Shown: piece after piece, positions 1 to 11,704 of the stretch
Layout of the letters: the number at the start of each line of letters is the position of its first letter
Position numbering within the stretch: the first letter of the stretch is position 1
From: Gemmatimonadales bacterium
Lineage (GTDB): Bacteria; Gemmatimonadota; Gemmatimonadetes; Gemmatimonadales; JACORV01
Length of the DNA: 64,000 nucleotides
Assembly: GCA_036493755.1 (NCBI GenBank)
Contig: DASXPG010000139.1
Span: 955 to 64,954, forward strand
Direction of reading: 5' to 3'
Made by a program: the position numbers and the translations under genes
The notes under the pieces: generated by a model
Told to the model about the DNA's origin: nothing
What the model saw: only the letters and a program-made list of their open reading frames with translations
Database searches by the model: none

Positions 1-486
1 GAAGGCCGTGGCCATGCGGATTCGCGAGGCTGGTCCTGATTCCAGGTCCGCGGCGATGAAGAGCGGCAGCTTCGAGGCGCGCTGCAGGGCGTTGAACTTC
101 GCCGCCAGGTCGTAGGCCGAGCCGCCGAGGCCGACGACGAATCCGCCCACGCCTTCTTCGCGCACCAGCCGGAGCGCGGCGACCATCGGATCGGCGTCGG
201 CCGACCAGTACTCGCCGCTGAACCAGGGCATCACCAGCTGGCCGGCCTTTTCCCGCAGCGTCATCGTAGCCAGTGCCGGAATGGCGTCCAGCACTTCGCG
301 CGGCGGCGGCACGGTGAGGTCGGGCAGGGGAATCAGCGCTGCCTCGACGGGAGTGTCGGGCATCGGAAAGACCGGCGCCGGCTCGACGCGGCCCGCATGC
401 GCACAGGCGGTTGCGAACAGGAGCGCAAATACGTGGGAACGCGGGAAGGCAGGAACGTACGAACGTTGCGACCTAACCTGCATCAT
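1..486 (-). CDS. Glycoside hydrolase family 3 (beta-N-acetylhexosaminidase-like) lipoprotein, N-terminal part; runs off the window edge
   Basis: Not in the ORF track. Manual translation: MMQVRSQRSYVPAFPRSHVFALLFATAC...MTLREKAGQLVMPW...EGVGGFVV...NALQRASKLPLFIAADLESG, which is the GH3 N-domain pattern (MTLxEKxGQL, PLxIAADxExG). Lipobox-like FATAC. Start uncertain. Confidence 0.85.
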   Translation of the reverse strand, partial: MMQVRSQRSYVPAFPRSHVFALLFATACAHAGRVEPAPVFPMPDTPVEAALIPLPDLTVPPPREVLDAIPALATMTLREKAGQLVMPWFSGEYWSADADPMVAALRLVREEGVGGFVVGLGGSAYDLAAKFNALQRASKLPLFIAADLESGPASRIRMATAF

Positions 487-558
487 CGGGGCTGGGTGCT
501 CCTTGGCTGCCTTCTCGGGCTCGTTCCCCGTTCCCACGTTCCCACGTTCCAACGTTCC
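431..558. repeat. Inverted pair of degenerate octamer arrays (ACGTGGGA)n / (TCCCACGT)n
   Basis: 431-470 acgtggga acgcggga aggcagga acgtacga acgttgcg; 525-555 tccccgt tcccacgt tcccacgt tccaacgt. The units are reverse complements. Confidence 0.8.
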
Positions 559-1680
559 GTTGTCCTTCCTGGGATCGATGGTCTCCTCACCGATTCGGCG
601 CACCTGCTCGCCGGCAAGCGCATCGGCCTCATCACCAATCAGAGCGGCATCGACGCACACGGCGTCTCCACGATCGATCGCCTGCAGCACTTCAGGCTTC
701 GCGGTTCGCGCCTGGTTTCTCTTTTCGCCCCAGAGCACGGCATCCGCGGAAATGCTGCCCCCGGCGCCTCGGTGCACGACACCACCGACAGAGCGACCGG
801 CCTCCCAATCTATAGTCTGTACGGAGCAAATCGAGCGCCGAGCGCGGCGCAGATGGCGAAGCTCGACGTGCTGGTCGTGGATCTCCAGGATGTCGGCACC
901 CGCACCTGGAGCTACGTCTCGACCACCATCTTTGCGATGCGCGCGGCGAAGACCGCCGGCAAGCGAATCATCGTCCTCGACCGGCCCAATCCGATTGGCT
1001 GCGCGATGCAGGGTCCGATACTCGATACCGCTTTCAGCTCGATGATCGGCCCGCTGCCGGTGCCGCTGCGCCATGGCATGACGATGGGCGAGCTGATGCG
1101 CTTCGCCAATGCCGAGCTGGGGATCGGCGCCGATCTGGTCGTGGTGCCGGTCAAAGGATGGCATCGCTGCGAGTGGTTCGACGAGACGGGACTGCCCTGG
1201 GTCCCGCCGTCGCCGAACTTGCGCGACCTCGATGCCGTGGCCTGGTATCCCGGCACGGTGCTCATCGAGGCGACCAACCTGTCGGTGGGGCGGGGGACGG
1301 ACGAGGCCTTTCGGGAGATGGGCGCGCCGTGGCTGAAGACCCCGCGAGAGGCGTATGGCTATCCCAACGGTGACACTCTCGAACACGTCACCTTTACCCC
1401 GCACGCGCCGGGAGACGGCAAGTATGACGGTGTCAGCTGCGCCGGGGTGCGGTTCTGGCGCAACAATCGTCGTTATGCCGGCGGTCCCATCCTCGAGGTC
1501 ATCAGGGTGTTACGATTGCTGGCCCAATCCAATCGGGATTCGCTGCGCGTAGACTCGAGCATGATGACGACGCGATTCGGCCGGGCCTGGAATGCCGATT
1601 CGGCCCTGGCGTGGGCCAGCGACCAGAGGGCCCTGGCCGCCTTTCGGATCCGAGTCCGGCCCTACCTTCTGTATCTATGA
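466..1680 (+). CDS. namZ: Exo-beta-N-acetylmuramidase NamZ family (DUF1343)
   Basis: GKRIGLITNQSG, LFAPEHGIRG, YSLYG, DLQDVGTR, VLDRPNP, RHGMTMGE, WVPPSPN, SVGRGT motifs. TTG 466 chosen over ORF-track ATG 397; start uncertain. Confidence 0.9.
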   Translation: MRPNLHHRGWVLLGCLLGLVPRSHVPTFQRSVVLPGIDGLLTDSAHLLAGKRIGLITNQSGIDAHGVSTIDRLQHFRLRGSRLVSLFAPEHGIRGNAAPGASVHDTTDRATGLPIYSLYGANRAPSAAQMAKLDVLVVDLQDVGTRTWSYVSTTIFAMRAAKTAGKRIIVLDRPNPIGCAMQGPILDTAFSSMIGPLPVPLRHGMTMGELMRFANAELGIGADLVVVPVKGWHRCEWFDETGLPWVPPSPNLRDLDAVAWYPGTVLIEATNLSVGRGTDEAFREMGAPWLKTPREAYGYPNGDTLEHVTFTPHAPGDGKYDGVSCAGVRFWRNNRRYAGGPILEVIRVLRLLAQSNRDSLRVDSSMMTTRFGRAWNADSALAWASDQRALAAFRIRVRPYLLYL

Positions 1681-1713
1681 CCCACTTGCGCCCTGCCAAC
1701 GGGTCACAAGTGG

Positions 1714-1722
1714 TGCTACTTT
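1714..1722 (+). promoter_or_regulatory. Putative extended -10 (TGcTACTTT)
   Basis: TGn-TANNNT 12 nt before ATG 1735. Confidence 0.45.
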
Positions 1723-1734
1723 TGACGGCTAGTC

Positions 1735-2514
1735 ATGGACCTTCGGCGCGTCACGATTCTCCCTGAGCCCCTCAAGCGTGTCTTCCTTGAGCTGATCGAC
1801 CCGATCGCCGACCGGCTGATCGAGGCCGGTCTGACGCCTAACCGTATCACCACCATTTCGGCACTCATCCTGTTCGTCTCCGGAGCCGCCTTTGGTTTCG
1901 GGCATCTGCATCTGGGCGGCGGGCTGCTGCTGGCATCGGGATTTTTCGATCTGCTGGACGGCAAAGTGGCGCGGCGGGGCGGGATGTCGTCGACATTCGG
2001 CGCATTCTACGACTCGGTGATGGATCGCTGGGGCGAAGGTATCCTCTTCACCGGCATCGCCATCTACTATATGACGTCGGCGATCCGCTCCTACGGCAAC
2101 CGGGAGCCGGTGCTCGCGCTCGGTCTATGCTTCGCGTGCCTCATCGGCTCGTACATGGTGTCCTATACGCGGGCTCGCGCCGAAGGGGTGGGAATCGAAG
2201 CCAAGGTCGGCATGGCGCAGCGCGCCGAGCGGATCGTCTTCCTCGGCGGCGCGACGCTGTTTTTCGGCTCCGGCCCGCATGGCTGGCTGCTCCTGTTCAT
2301 TCTTGCCGCGCTCAGCCTGGTCAGCTGGATCACGATGGTCCAGCGGATCTATCACGTGTACTCCATCACCAAGGACGAGTCACTGAGTGTCGTCGCGCGC
2401 GCCGCTACCCATCCGACGCCGGTCGCCCCGGCCCCGGTAGGACGGCCCAACGCCGCGCCCGCCGACGCGAAGGCATCGCTCGCCCTTCCCGAAACCGCGG
2501 TCAAGGGAACCTGA
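1735..2514 (+). CDS. CDP-alcohol phosphatidyltransferase, probable phosphatidylinositol(-phosphate) synthase
   Basis: LTPNRIT and DLLDGKVARRGGMSSTFGAFYDSVMDR signature, VSYTRARAE, RAER; directly upstream of ino1. Confidence 0.85.
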   Translation: MDLRRVTILPEPLKRVFLELIDPIADRLIEAGLTPNRITTISALILFVSGAAFGFGHLHLGGGLLLASGFFDLLDGKVARRGGMSSTFGAFYDSVMDRWGEGILFTGIAIYYMTSAIRSYGNREPVLALGLCFACLIGSYMVSYTRARAEGVGIEAKVGMAQRAERIVFLGGATLFFGSGPHGWLLLFILAALSLVSWITMVQRIYHVYSITKDESLSVVARAATHPTPVAPAPVGRPNAAPADAKASLALPETAVKGT

Positions 2515-2515
2515 G

Positions 2516-3835
<1,320 letters not shown>

Positions 3836-3841
3836 CGATTG

Positions 3842-6262
<2,421 letters not shown>

Positions 6263-6276
6263 TTCTCCAGCCGGTT

Positions 6277-6282
6277 TATAAT
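6277..6282 (+). promoter_or_regulatory. Consensus -10 box TATAAT, 7 nt before ATG 6290
   Basis: ccggttTATAATtgaaggcATG. Confidence 0.65.
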
Positions 6283-6289
6283 TGAAGGC

Positions 6290-6409
6290 ATGACAGCGAC
6301 CCGGGTGATCGTCACGCTGATGGGATTGGCGGCGATCGCCTGGGTCCTCTGGTATTTTCTGGCCACCCCACGCCCCGCGCACCTCGCACCACGCCCCCCT
6401 TCGCCATGA
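6290..6409 (+). CDS. 39-aa single-TM small protein translationally coupled to copA
   Basis: Below the ORF-track cutoff. [39 protein letters not shown]; its TGA overlaps the copA ATG (ATGA, 6406-6409). Confidence 0.65.
   Translation: MTATRVIVTLMGLAAIAWVLWYFLATPRPAHLAPRPPSP
6364..6398 (+). repeat. Degenerate heptamer array
   Basis: cacccca cgccccg cgcacct cgcacca cgccccc. Confidence 0.55.
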
Positions 6410-8958
6410 GCACCCGTTTCATCTTCCCCGTCACCGGCATGCATTGCGCCGGCTGCGCCGCGAGCGTGCAGAAGCGCCTCGCCGCGGTCCCGGGGGTGAA
6501 GGGTGCCGCGGTCAATCTCGCGACCCGCAAAGCCACGGTGGACTGGGAAGGCAACGGCGGCGCGGCGCCGCTTTTTGTCGACGCCGTCCGCTCGGCGGGC
6601 TACGACGTCGCCACCGAGGTGATCACGGCGCCGGTGTCGGGGCTGCGCTTTTCGCCCACATCGAGGCTCGAGGCCGCGGTCGCGGCCGTCCCCGGCGTCC
6701 AGTCGGTGCAGGTGAATCCCGCCGCCGAAACGGTGCGCGCGGTGGTGGTGACGGGGCTCGCCGGCGCTGAGGCAATCGCGGACGCGGTACAGGGTGCCGG
6801 CTTCGTCCTCTCGGCGCCGATCGCCGCCGATGATCCCGCCCTGCGCGAGCAACAGGCGTTGGCGAGAGAACGGCGCGAAGTGGGATGGCGCGCGCTGATC
6901 ACGCTCTTCGCCGCCGCGATTGCGATGACGTTGTCGATGCCGCTCATGGCCTCCTCGGCGATGCGTTCCACCGATCTCTTCAGCCGGCTGATGATGCCGC
7001 TGACCCGGACGGTTCAGCGGCTCGCGCCGCCGCTCTTCATCCTCGAGCCGGGCACGCTGCGCTGGCTGCTGTTCGCCGTGACGCTGCCGGCGGTGCTCTG
7101 GGCCGGCGGGCGGATCTTCACGGCAGCCTGGCGCGGCTTTCGTCATCGCAGCGCCGACATGAATACGCTGGTCAGCGTCGGGGTCAGCGCCGCGCTGCTC
7201 TATTCGGTCGCCGCGACCGCGATTCCGGGCGTCTTCACCGATGCCGGACTCCCCGCCGATGTGTACTACGAAGCCGTCACCATGATTCTTGGCCTGGTGC
7301 TTCTGGGCCGCTGGCTCGAGGCCTGCGCCAAAGGCCGCGCCGGTGATTCGTTGCGCCGGCTCGCCGAGCTGGGGGCAAAGACGGCGTGGGTGGTGCGCGG
7401 CGGGGAAGAGCTGGAGATCCCGGCCGCCGAAGTTGCGGTGGGCGACCTGGTCCAGGTTCGGCCCGGCCAGCGGATTCCGGTGGACGGTCGCGTGACCGAA
7501 GGCCAGTCGCCGGTGAACGAGTCGATGCTGACCGGCGAGCCGATCCCGGTCGCCAAGTCTCTCGGCAGCGACGTCTACGCGGGAACGCTGAACACCACCG
7601 GAGGGCTGATCTTCGAGGCCACCGGCGTGGGTCCGGCAACGGCATTGGCGCGCATCGTCAGGCTGGTCGAAGAAGCGCAGGGAAGTCGCGCTCCCGTGCA
7701 GCGGCTGGCGGATCGGGTCGCCGGGATCTTCGTCCCGGTCGTCATCTCGCTGGCGATCGCGGCATTCGTGATCTGGTTCGACGTGGGCCCGTCGCCGCAC
7801 TTCCTCAATTCGACCGTCGTTTTCGTCACCGTGCTGATCATCGCCTGCCCTTGCGCGATGGGCCTGGCGACGCCGACCGCGATCATGGTCGGCACCGGCC
7901 GCGGTGCGGAAGAAGGCGTGCTGGTGAAGGGGGGCGCGGCGCTGGAGGCGGCGGGGACCGTCACCGCGGTCGTCCTCGACAAGACCGCCACGATCACGGA
8001 AGGCCGGCCTGCGGTGACCGACGTCATCGTGAGCCGGCGGGCGGACGGGCCGGCGGGCAGCGAGCCCGAGTTCACCGAGGACGAGGTCGTCCGGATCGCG
8101 GCGGCGGTCGAGCGCTGGTCGGAGCATCCGCTGGCGGCGGCGATCGTGCGCGAGGCGGAGGTCCGGAGCCTGACGGTGCCGACCGCGGCGCTCTTCAACG
8201 CGGTCGAGGGACGCGGAGCGGCAGCGACGGTCGATGGCCGGCAGGTCATGGTGGGAAGCGCCGCATTTCTCATCGAGAGCGGCGTCGACATTGGCCCGCT
8301 GACCGATGCGATCGACCGGCTCGCGGCACGCGCGCGGACGCCGGTGCTCGTCGCGGCGGACAACAAACCGGTCGGGCTGCTTGGCCTCGCCGACCCGATA
8401 AAGCCCACGGCGGTGGCGGCGGTCCGGCAGATGCGGAAGATGGGCTATCACCTCGTCATGGTCACCGGCGACATCCGCAAAGCGGCGATCGCCGTGGCGG
8501 GCGAGGTCGGGATCGACGAGGTCGAGCCGCAACTTCTCCCGGGCGGCAAGGTCGAAATCGTCAGGCAGCTGCAGCGCTCGGGCTACAAGGTCGCGATGGT
8601 CGGCGACGGCATCAACGACGCCCCGGCTCTCGCTGCCGCCGACGTCGGCGTGGCCATCGGCACCGGGACGGATGTGGCCATCGAGGCCGCCGATCTCCTG
8701 CTGATGCGGGGCGACCTGAGCTCCCTCGTGGCGGCACTGGAACTGTCGCGCCGGACCCTCCGTACGGTGCGACAGAACCTGTTCTGGGCCTTCGCCTACA
8801 ATGTGGTCGGGATCCCCGTGGCGGCGGGTGCGCTCTTTCCGGTGTGGGGAGTGCTGCTCTCGCCGGTCTTCGCGAGTGCCGCGATGGCGCTGTCGTCGCT
8901 CACGGTGGTGTCGAACAGCTTGCGCTTGAGGCGATTCAGGCCGACCCTGTCCACCTGA
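6406..8958 (+). CDS. copA: Heavy-metal (Cu+) P1B-1 ATPase
   Basis: N-terminal GMHCAGC, degenerate second HMA domain, LTGEP, CPC, DKTATIT (sic), [14 protein letters not shown] and MALSS. Confidence 0.93.
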   Translation: MSTRFIFPVTGMHCAGCAASVQKRLAAVPGVKGAAVNLATRKATVDWEGNGGAAPLFVDAVRSAGYDVATEVITAPVSGLRFSPTSRLEAAVAAVPGVQSVQVNPAAETVRAVVVTGLAGAEAIADAVQGAGFVLSAPIAADDPALREQQALARERREVGWRALITLFAAAIAMTLSMPLMASSAMRSTDLFSRLMMPLTRTVQRLAPPLFILEPGTLRWLLFAVTLPAVLWAGGRIFTAAWRGFRHRSADMNTLVSVGVSAALLYSVAATAIPGVFTDAGLPADVYYEAVTMILGLVLLGRWLEACAKGRAGDSLRRLAELGAKTAWVVRGGEELEIPAAEVAVGDLVQVRPGQRIPVDGRVTEGQSPVNESMLTGEPIPVAKSLGSDVYAGTLNTTGGLIFEATGVGPATALARIVRLVEEAQGSRAPVQRLADRVAGIFVPVVISLAIAAFVIWFDVGPSPHFLNSTVVFVTVLIIACPCAMGLATPTAIMVGTGRGAEEGVLVKGGAALEAAGTVTAVVLDKTATITEGRPAVTDVIVSRRADGPAGSEPEFTEDEVVRIAAAVERWSEHPLAAAIVREAEVRSLTVPTAALFNAVEGRGAAATVDGRQVMVGSAAFLIESGVDIGPLTDAIDRLAARARTPVLVAADNKPVGLLGLADPIKPTAVAAVRQMRKMGYHLVMVTGDIRKAAIAVAGEVGIDEVEPQLLPGGKVEIVRQLQRSGYKVAMVGDGINDAPALAAADVGVAIGTGTDVAIEAADLLLMRGDLSSLVAALELSRRTLRTVRQNLFWAFAYNVVGIPVAAGALFPVWGVLLSPVFASAAMALSSLTVVSNSLRLRRFRPTLST

Positions 8959-8971
8959 TTCCGGAGCTGCC

Positions 8972-10120
8972 ATGCGTCTCGCCCCGTCGGTCCTCGCCCT
9001 TTCACTCACCGTCGCTGTCGCCGTTCCCGCTGCCGCCCAGAGCGGTGCCTATGTCGTCAGGCTCGGCACCGACACGCTGGCCGTCGAGAAGTTCACCCGC
9101 ACCGCCAACCGGATCGAAGGCGAGATGGTGAGCCACGTGGGACGGGTCACGATCCGGCGCTACAGTTTCGACTTTGACCGCTCGCTCACGCCGGTGAAGG
9201 GCGAGGTGACGGTATTGCGGCCGGGCGCCGAGACGGGCGCGCCGGTGCAGCACATGCTGGCGACCTTCCAGGGCGATTCGGTTTTCTCGGAGATCACCCG
9301 CGATACCGCGACGACGCGGCGGCGGGTCGGGCTCACCCACGGCGCGACGATCCTGCCGGGGGGACCGTACGGCCTCTATGAAATCATGCTGGCGCGCGCG
9401 CTGCGAGGCTCGGACAGCACGAGTTACCTGGCCTACGGCATCGGCTCGCCGCAGCCGACGCCGATGTCGGCCTGGCGTCTGAGCAGAGATTCGGTCGCCT
9501 GGGCCACTCCGTGGGACGTTTATCACGCGAAGCTCGATCGCGAGGGCCGCATCATCGGCTCGATCCCGCAGGGCGGAACGCAGCAGTGGTCGATCGAGCG
9601 CGTCGCGAGCCTCGACACGCGCGCCATCGCCACCCGCTGGGCCGCGACGGAAAAGCCTGACCAGACGGTGCTGACGCTGTCACCGCGCGACACGGTCCGC
9701 GCCACGGTGGGTGGTGCGCAGCTGATGATCGACTACGGCCGCCCCACCAAGCGCGGGCGGACCATCTTCGGTACCGTCGTGCCGTGGGGATCCACATGGC
9801 GCACCGGCGCGAACGCCGCGACGCAGTTCCGCACCGACAAGGCGTTGGAGATGGGCGGCATCGTCGTGCCCGCCGGTTTTTACACGCTCTGGAGCATTCC
9901 CACACCGACCGGCTGGCAGCTCGTCATCAATGGTGAGACGGGTCAGTGGGGCACGGAACACAAGGATAATCGCGACCTCTTTCATCTGCCGATGCAGGTC
10001 GGCAGCACACCGAGGCCGGTCGAGCAGTTCACCATCAGCGTCGCGCCATCGGGATCGGGCGGGACGCTCGTTCTGGAATGGGACACGACCCGGGCGACCA
10101 TGCCGTTCGCGGTCCGGTAG
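8972..10120 (+). CDS. Secreted DUF2911-domain protein, paralogue 1
   Basis: Signal peptide; C-terminal SPRDT...IDYGRP.KRGR.IFG.VVPWG..WRTGANAAT...AGFYTLWSIP...GQWGT. Confidence 0.85.
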   Translation: MRLAPSVLALSLTVAVAVPAAAQSGAYVVRLGTDTLAVEKFTRTANRIEGEMVSHVGRVTIRRYSFDFDRSLTPVKGEVTVLRPGAETGAPVQHMLATFQGDSVFSEITRDTATTRRRVGLTHGATILPGGPYGLYEIMLARALRGSDSTSYLAYGIGSPQPTPMSAWRLSRDSVAWATPWDVYHAKLDREGRIIGSIPQGGTQQWSIERVASLDTRAIATRWAATEKPDQTVLTLSPRDTVRATVGGAQLMIDYGRPTKRGRTIFGTVVPWGSTWRTGANAATQFRTDKALEMGGIVVPAGFYTLWSIPTPTGWQLVINGETGQWGTEHKDNRDLFHLPMQVGSTPRPVEQFTISVAPSGSGGTLVLEWDTTRATMPFAVR

Positions 10121-10145
10121 CTTCGGGCCGGTGGGCTGATAAATT

Positions 10146-10168
10146 GGGGGGCGAGATCATCGCCCCCC
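10146..10168. other. Intergenic GC-rich stem-loop without U-tract
   Basis: GGGGGGCGA gatca TCGCCCCCC, 9-bp stem. Confidence 0.5.
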
Positions 10169-10191
10169 TCACTGTCTCCGGGAGCCTTACG

Positions 10192-11361
10192 ATGCGTCGA
10201 ATCCCCGTCTTCGCCGCCTTCCTTAGCGCCGCGCTCGCTGCACCCGCGCTCGCGCAGCAGAGCGGCACCTTCCTCATCCGGCTGGGCCGCGACACCACCG
10301 CGGTGGAGCAATTCAACAGGACGGCAACGCATCTGGAGGGAGACGGCCTGTACCGGCAGCCCCGGACCGTCGTGCGCCATTTCAGCATCGACTTCGGCGC
10401 CGATGGCCGGCCAACCCACGCGGAAATCGTGACCCGCATCCCTGGTGCTCCGGCGAGCGCTGCTCCGGTGCAGCGGATCGTGATGACCTTCACCCGCGAC
10501 TCGGTCGTCGCCGAGAACCGGCGCGATACCAGCACCGTCACGCGCCGCCTCGCGGCTCCGCAGGGCGTGCTGCCGATCTGGGGGAATGCAGCCTCGTCAT
10601 TCGTGATGTTCGAGATGATGGTCGGCAAGCTGCGCGCGGCGCGAAACCCCGACAGCCTGGCCATTCCGATGTACGGCGGCGGGACGTCGATCCAGACCTG
10701 GGGCATCAAGCCAATGGGCCGCGACTCGGTCTGGCTCTACGACGCCAACGACGTCTTCCATGCGAAGGTCGATGGAAACGGCCGCATACTGGGCGCGGTG
10801 CCGCTCAGCGGGACGCAACAGTTCTCGGTCGAGCGGATCGCCAGTGCCGATATCAATGCGCTGGCCGCCTCCTTCGCGGCGCGCGACCAGTCGGGCCAGT
10901 CGCTCGGCCTGCTCTCGCCGCGGGACACGGTGCGCGCCACCGTCGGCGGCGCGGCGCTGATGATCGATTACAGCCGCCCGGCGAAGCGGGGCCGCACCGT
11001 TTTCGGCAGCACCGTGGTGCCGTGGGGCGAGATCTGGCGCGTCGGCGCCAATGCCGCCACGCAGTTCCGCACCGACAAGGCGCTCGAAATCGGCGGCGTC
11101 ACGCTGCCGGCCGGCTTCTACACGCTGTGGGCGATTCCATCGCCGACGACCTGGAGGCTGGTGATCAACAGCCAGACGGGGCAGTGGGGAACGGCGCACG
11201 ATCCGAGCAAGGATCTGTACTCGCTCGACATGGGCGTCGCCGCGCTGGGACAGGCAGTCGAGCGCTTCACGATTTCCGTCACGCCGAGCGGGTCCAACGG
11301 CGGCGTGATCAACCTCGACTGGGATACGACGCGTGCGTCGATCCCGTTCACTGTGCGCTGA
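10192..11361 (+). CDS. Secreted DUF2911-domain protein, paralogue 2
   Basis: GGAG SD before ATG 10192, signal peptide (ALA|Q), same domain layout as 8972-10120. Confidence 0.85.
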   Translation: MRRIPVFAAFLSAALAAPALAQQSGTFLIRLGRDTTAVEQFNRTATHLEGDGLYRQPRTVVRHFSIDFGADGRPTHAEIVTRIPGAPASAAPVQRIVMTFTRDSVVAENRRDTSTVTRRLAAPQGVLPIWGNAASSFVMFEMMVGKLRAARNPDSLAIPMYGGGTSIQTWGIKPMGRDSVWLYDANDVFHAKVDGNGRILGAVPLSGTQQFSVERIASADINALAASFAARDQSGQSLGLLSPRDTVRATVGGAALMIDYSRPAKRGRTVFGSTVVPWGEIWRVGANAATQFRTDKALEIGGVTLPAGFYTLWAIPSPTTWRLVINSQTGQWGTAHDPSKDLYSLDMGVAALGQAVERFTISVTPSGSNGGVINLDWDTTRASIPFTVR

Positions 11362-11651
11362 TGCAGTACTTCTACCGGGCCCACACTACGCCCGAAGCGG
11401 TGCTCGAGTTCGCGCGCGGCTGGTTCGGTGCCCGCGGCTTCAACGCCGGCGGCTCGGGTGATTCCGCCGCCTTCACCGATCCCCGTGGAGCGGTGAAGGT
11501 GGGCATCGAGATCGAGGGCGGGCACTACGTTCGCGTCACGGTGGGCACGACCGATGTCGGCGAATCGGAGATCGACAAAGTGGCGAAGCGGTTCCTCTCG
11601 GAGCTGCACGCCACCGAGGAGCCCGGCCATGCCGTACGGGGAGCGTACTAG
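11361..11651 (+). CDS. Hypothetical protein (96 aa)
   Basis: TGATG coupling to the upstream gene; MQYFYRAHTTPEAVLEFARGWF...VRGAY has globular composition. Confidence 0.7.
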   Translation: MQYFYRAHTTPEAVLEFARGWFGARGFNAGGSGDSAAFTDPRGAVKVGIEIEGGHYVRVTVGTTDVGESEIDKVAKRFLSELHATEEPGHAVRGAY

Positions 11652-11704
11652 ACAACCCCTCGCCGGCCGAAGGTGTCTAATGATTCAGCGATGACACCGT
11701 CACC

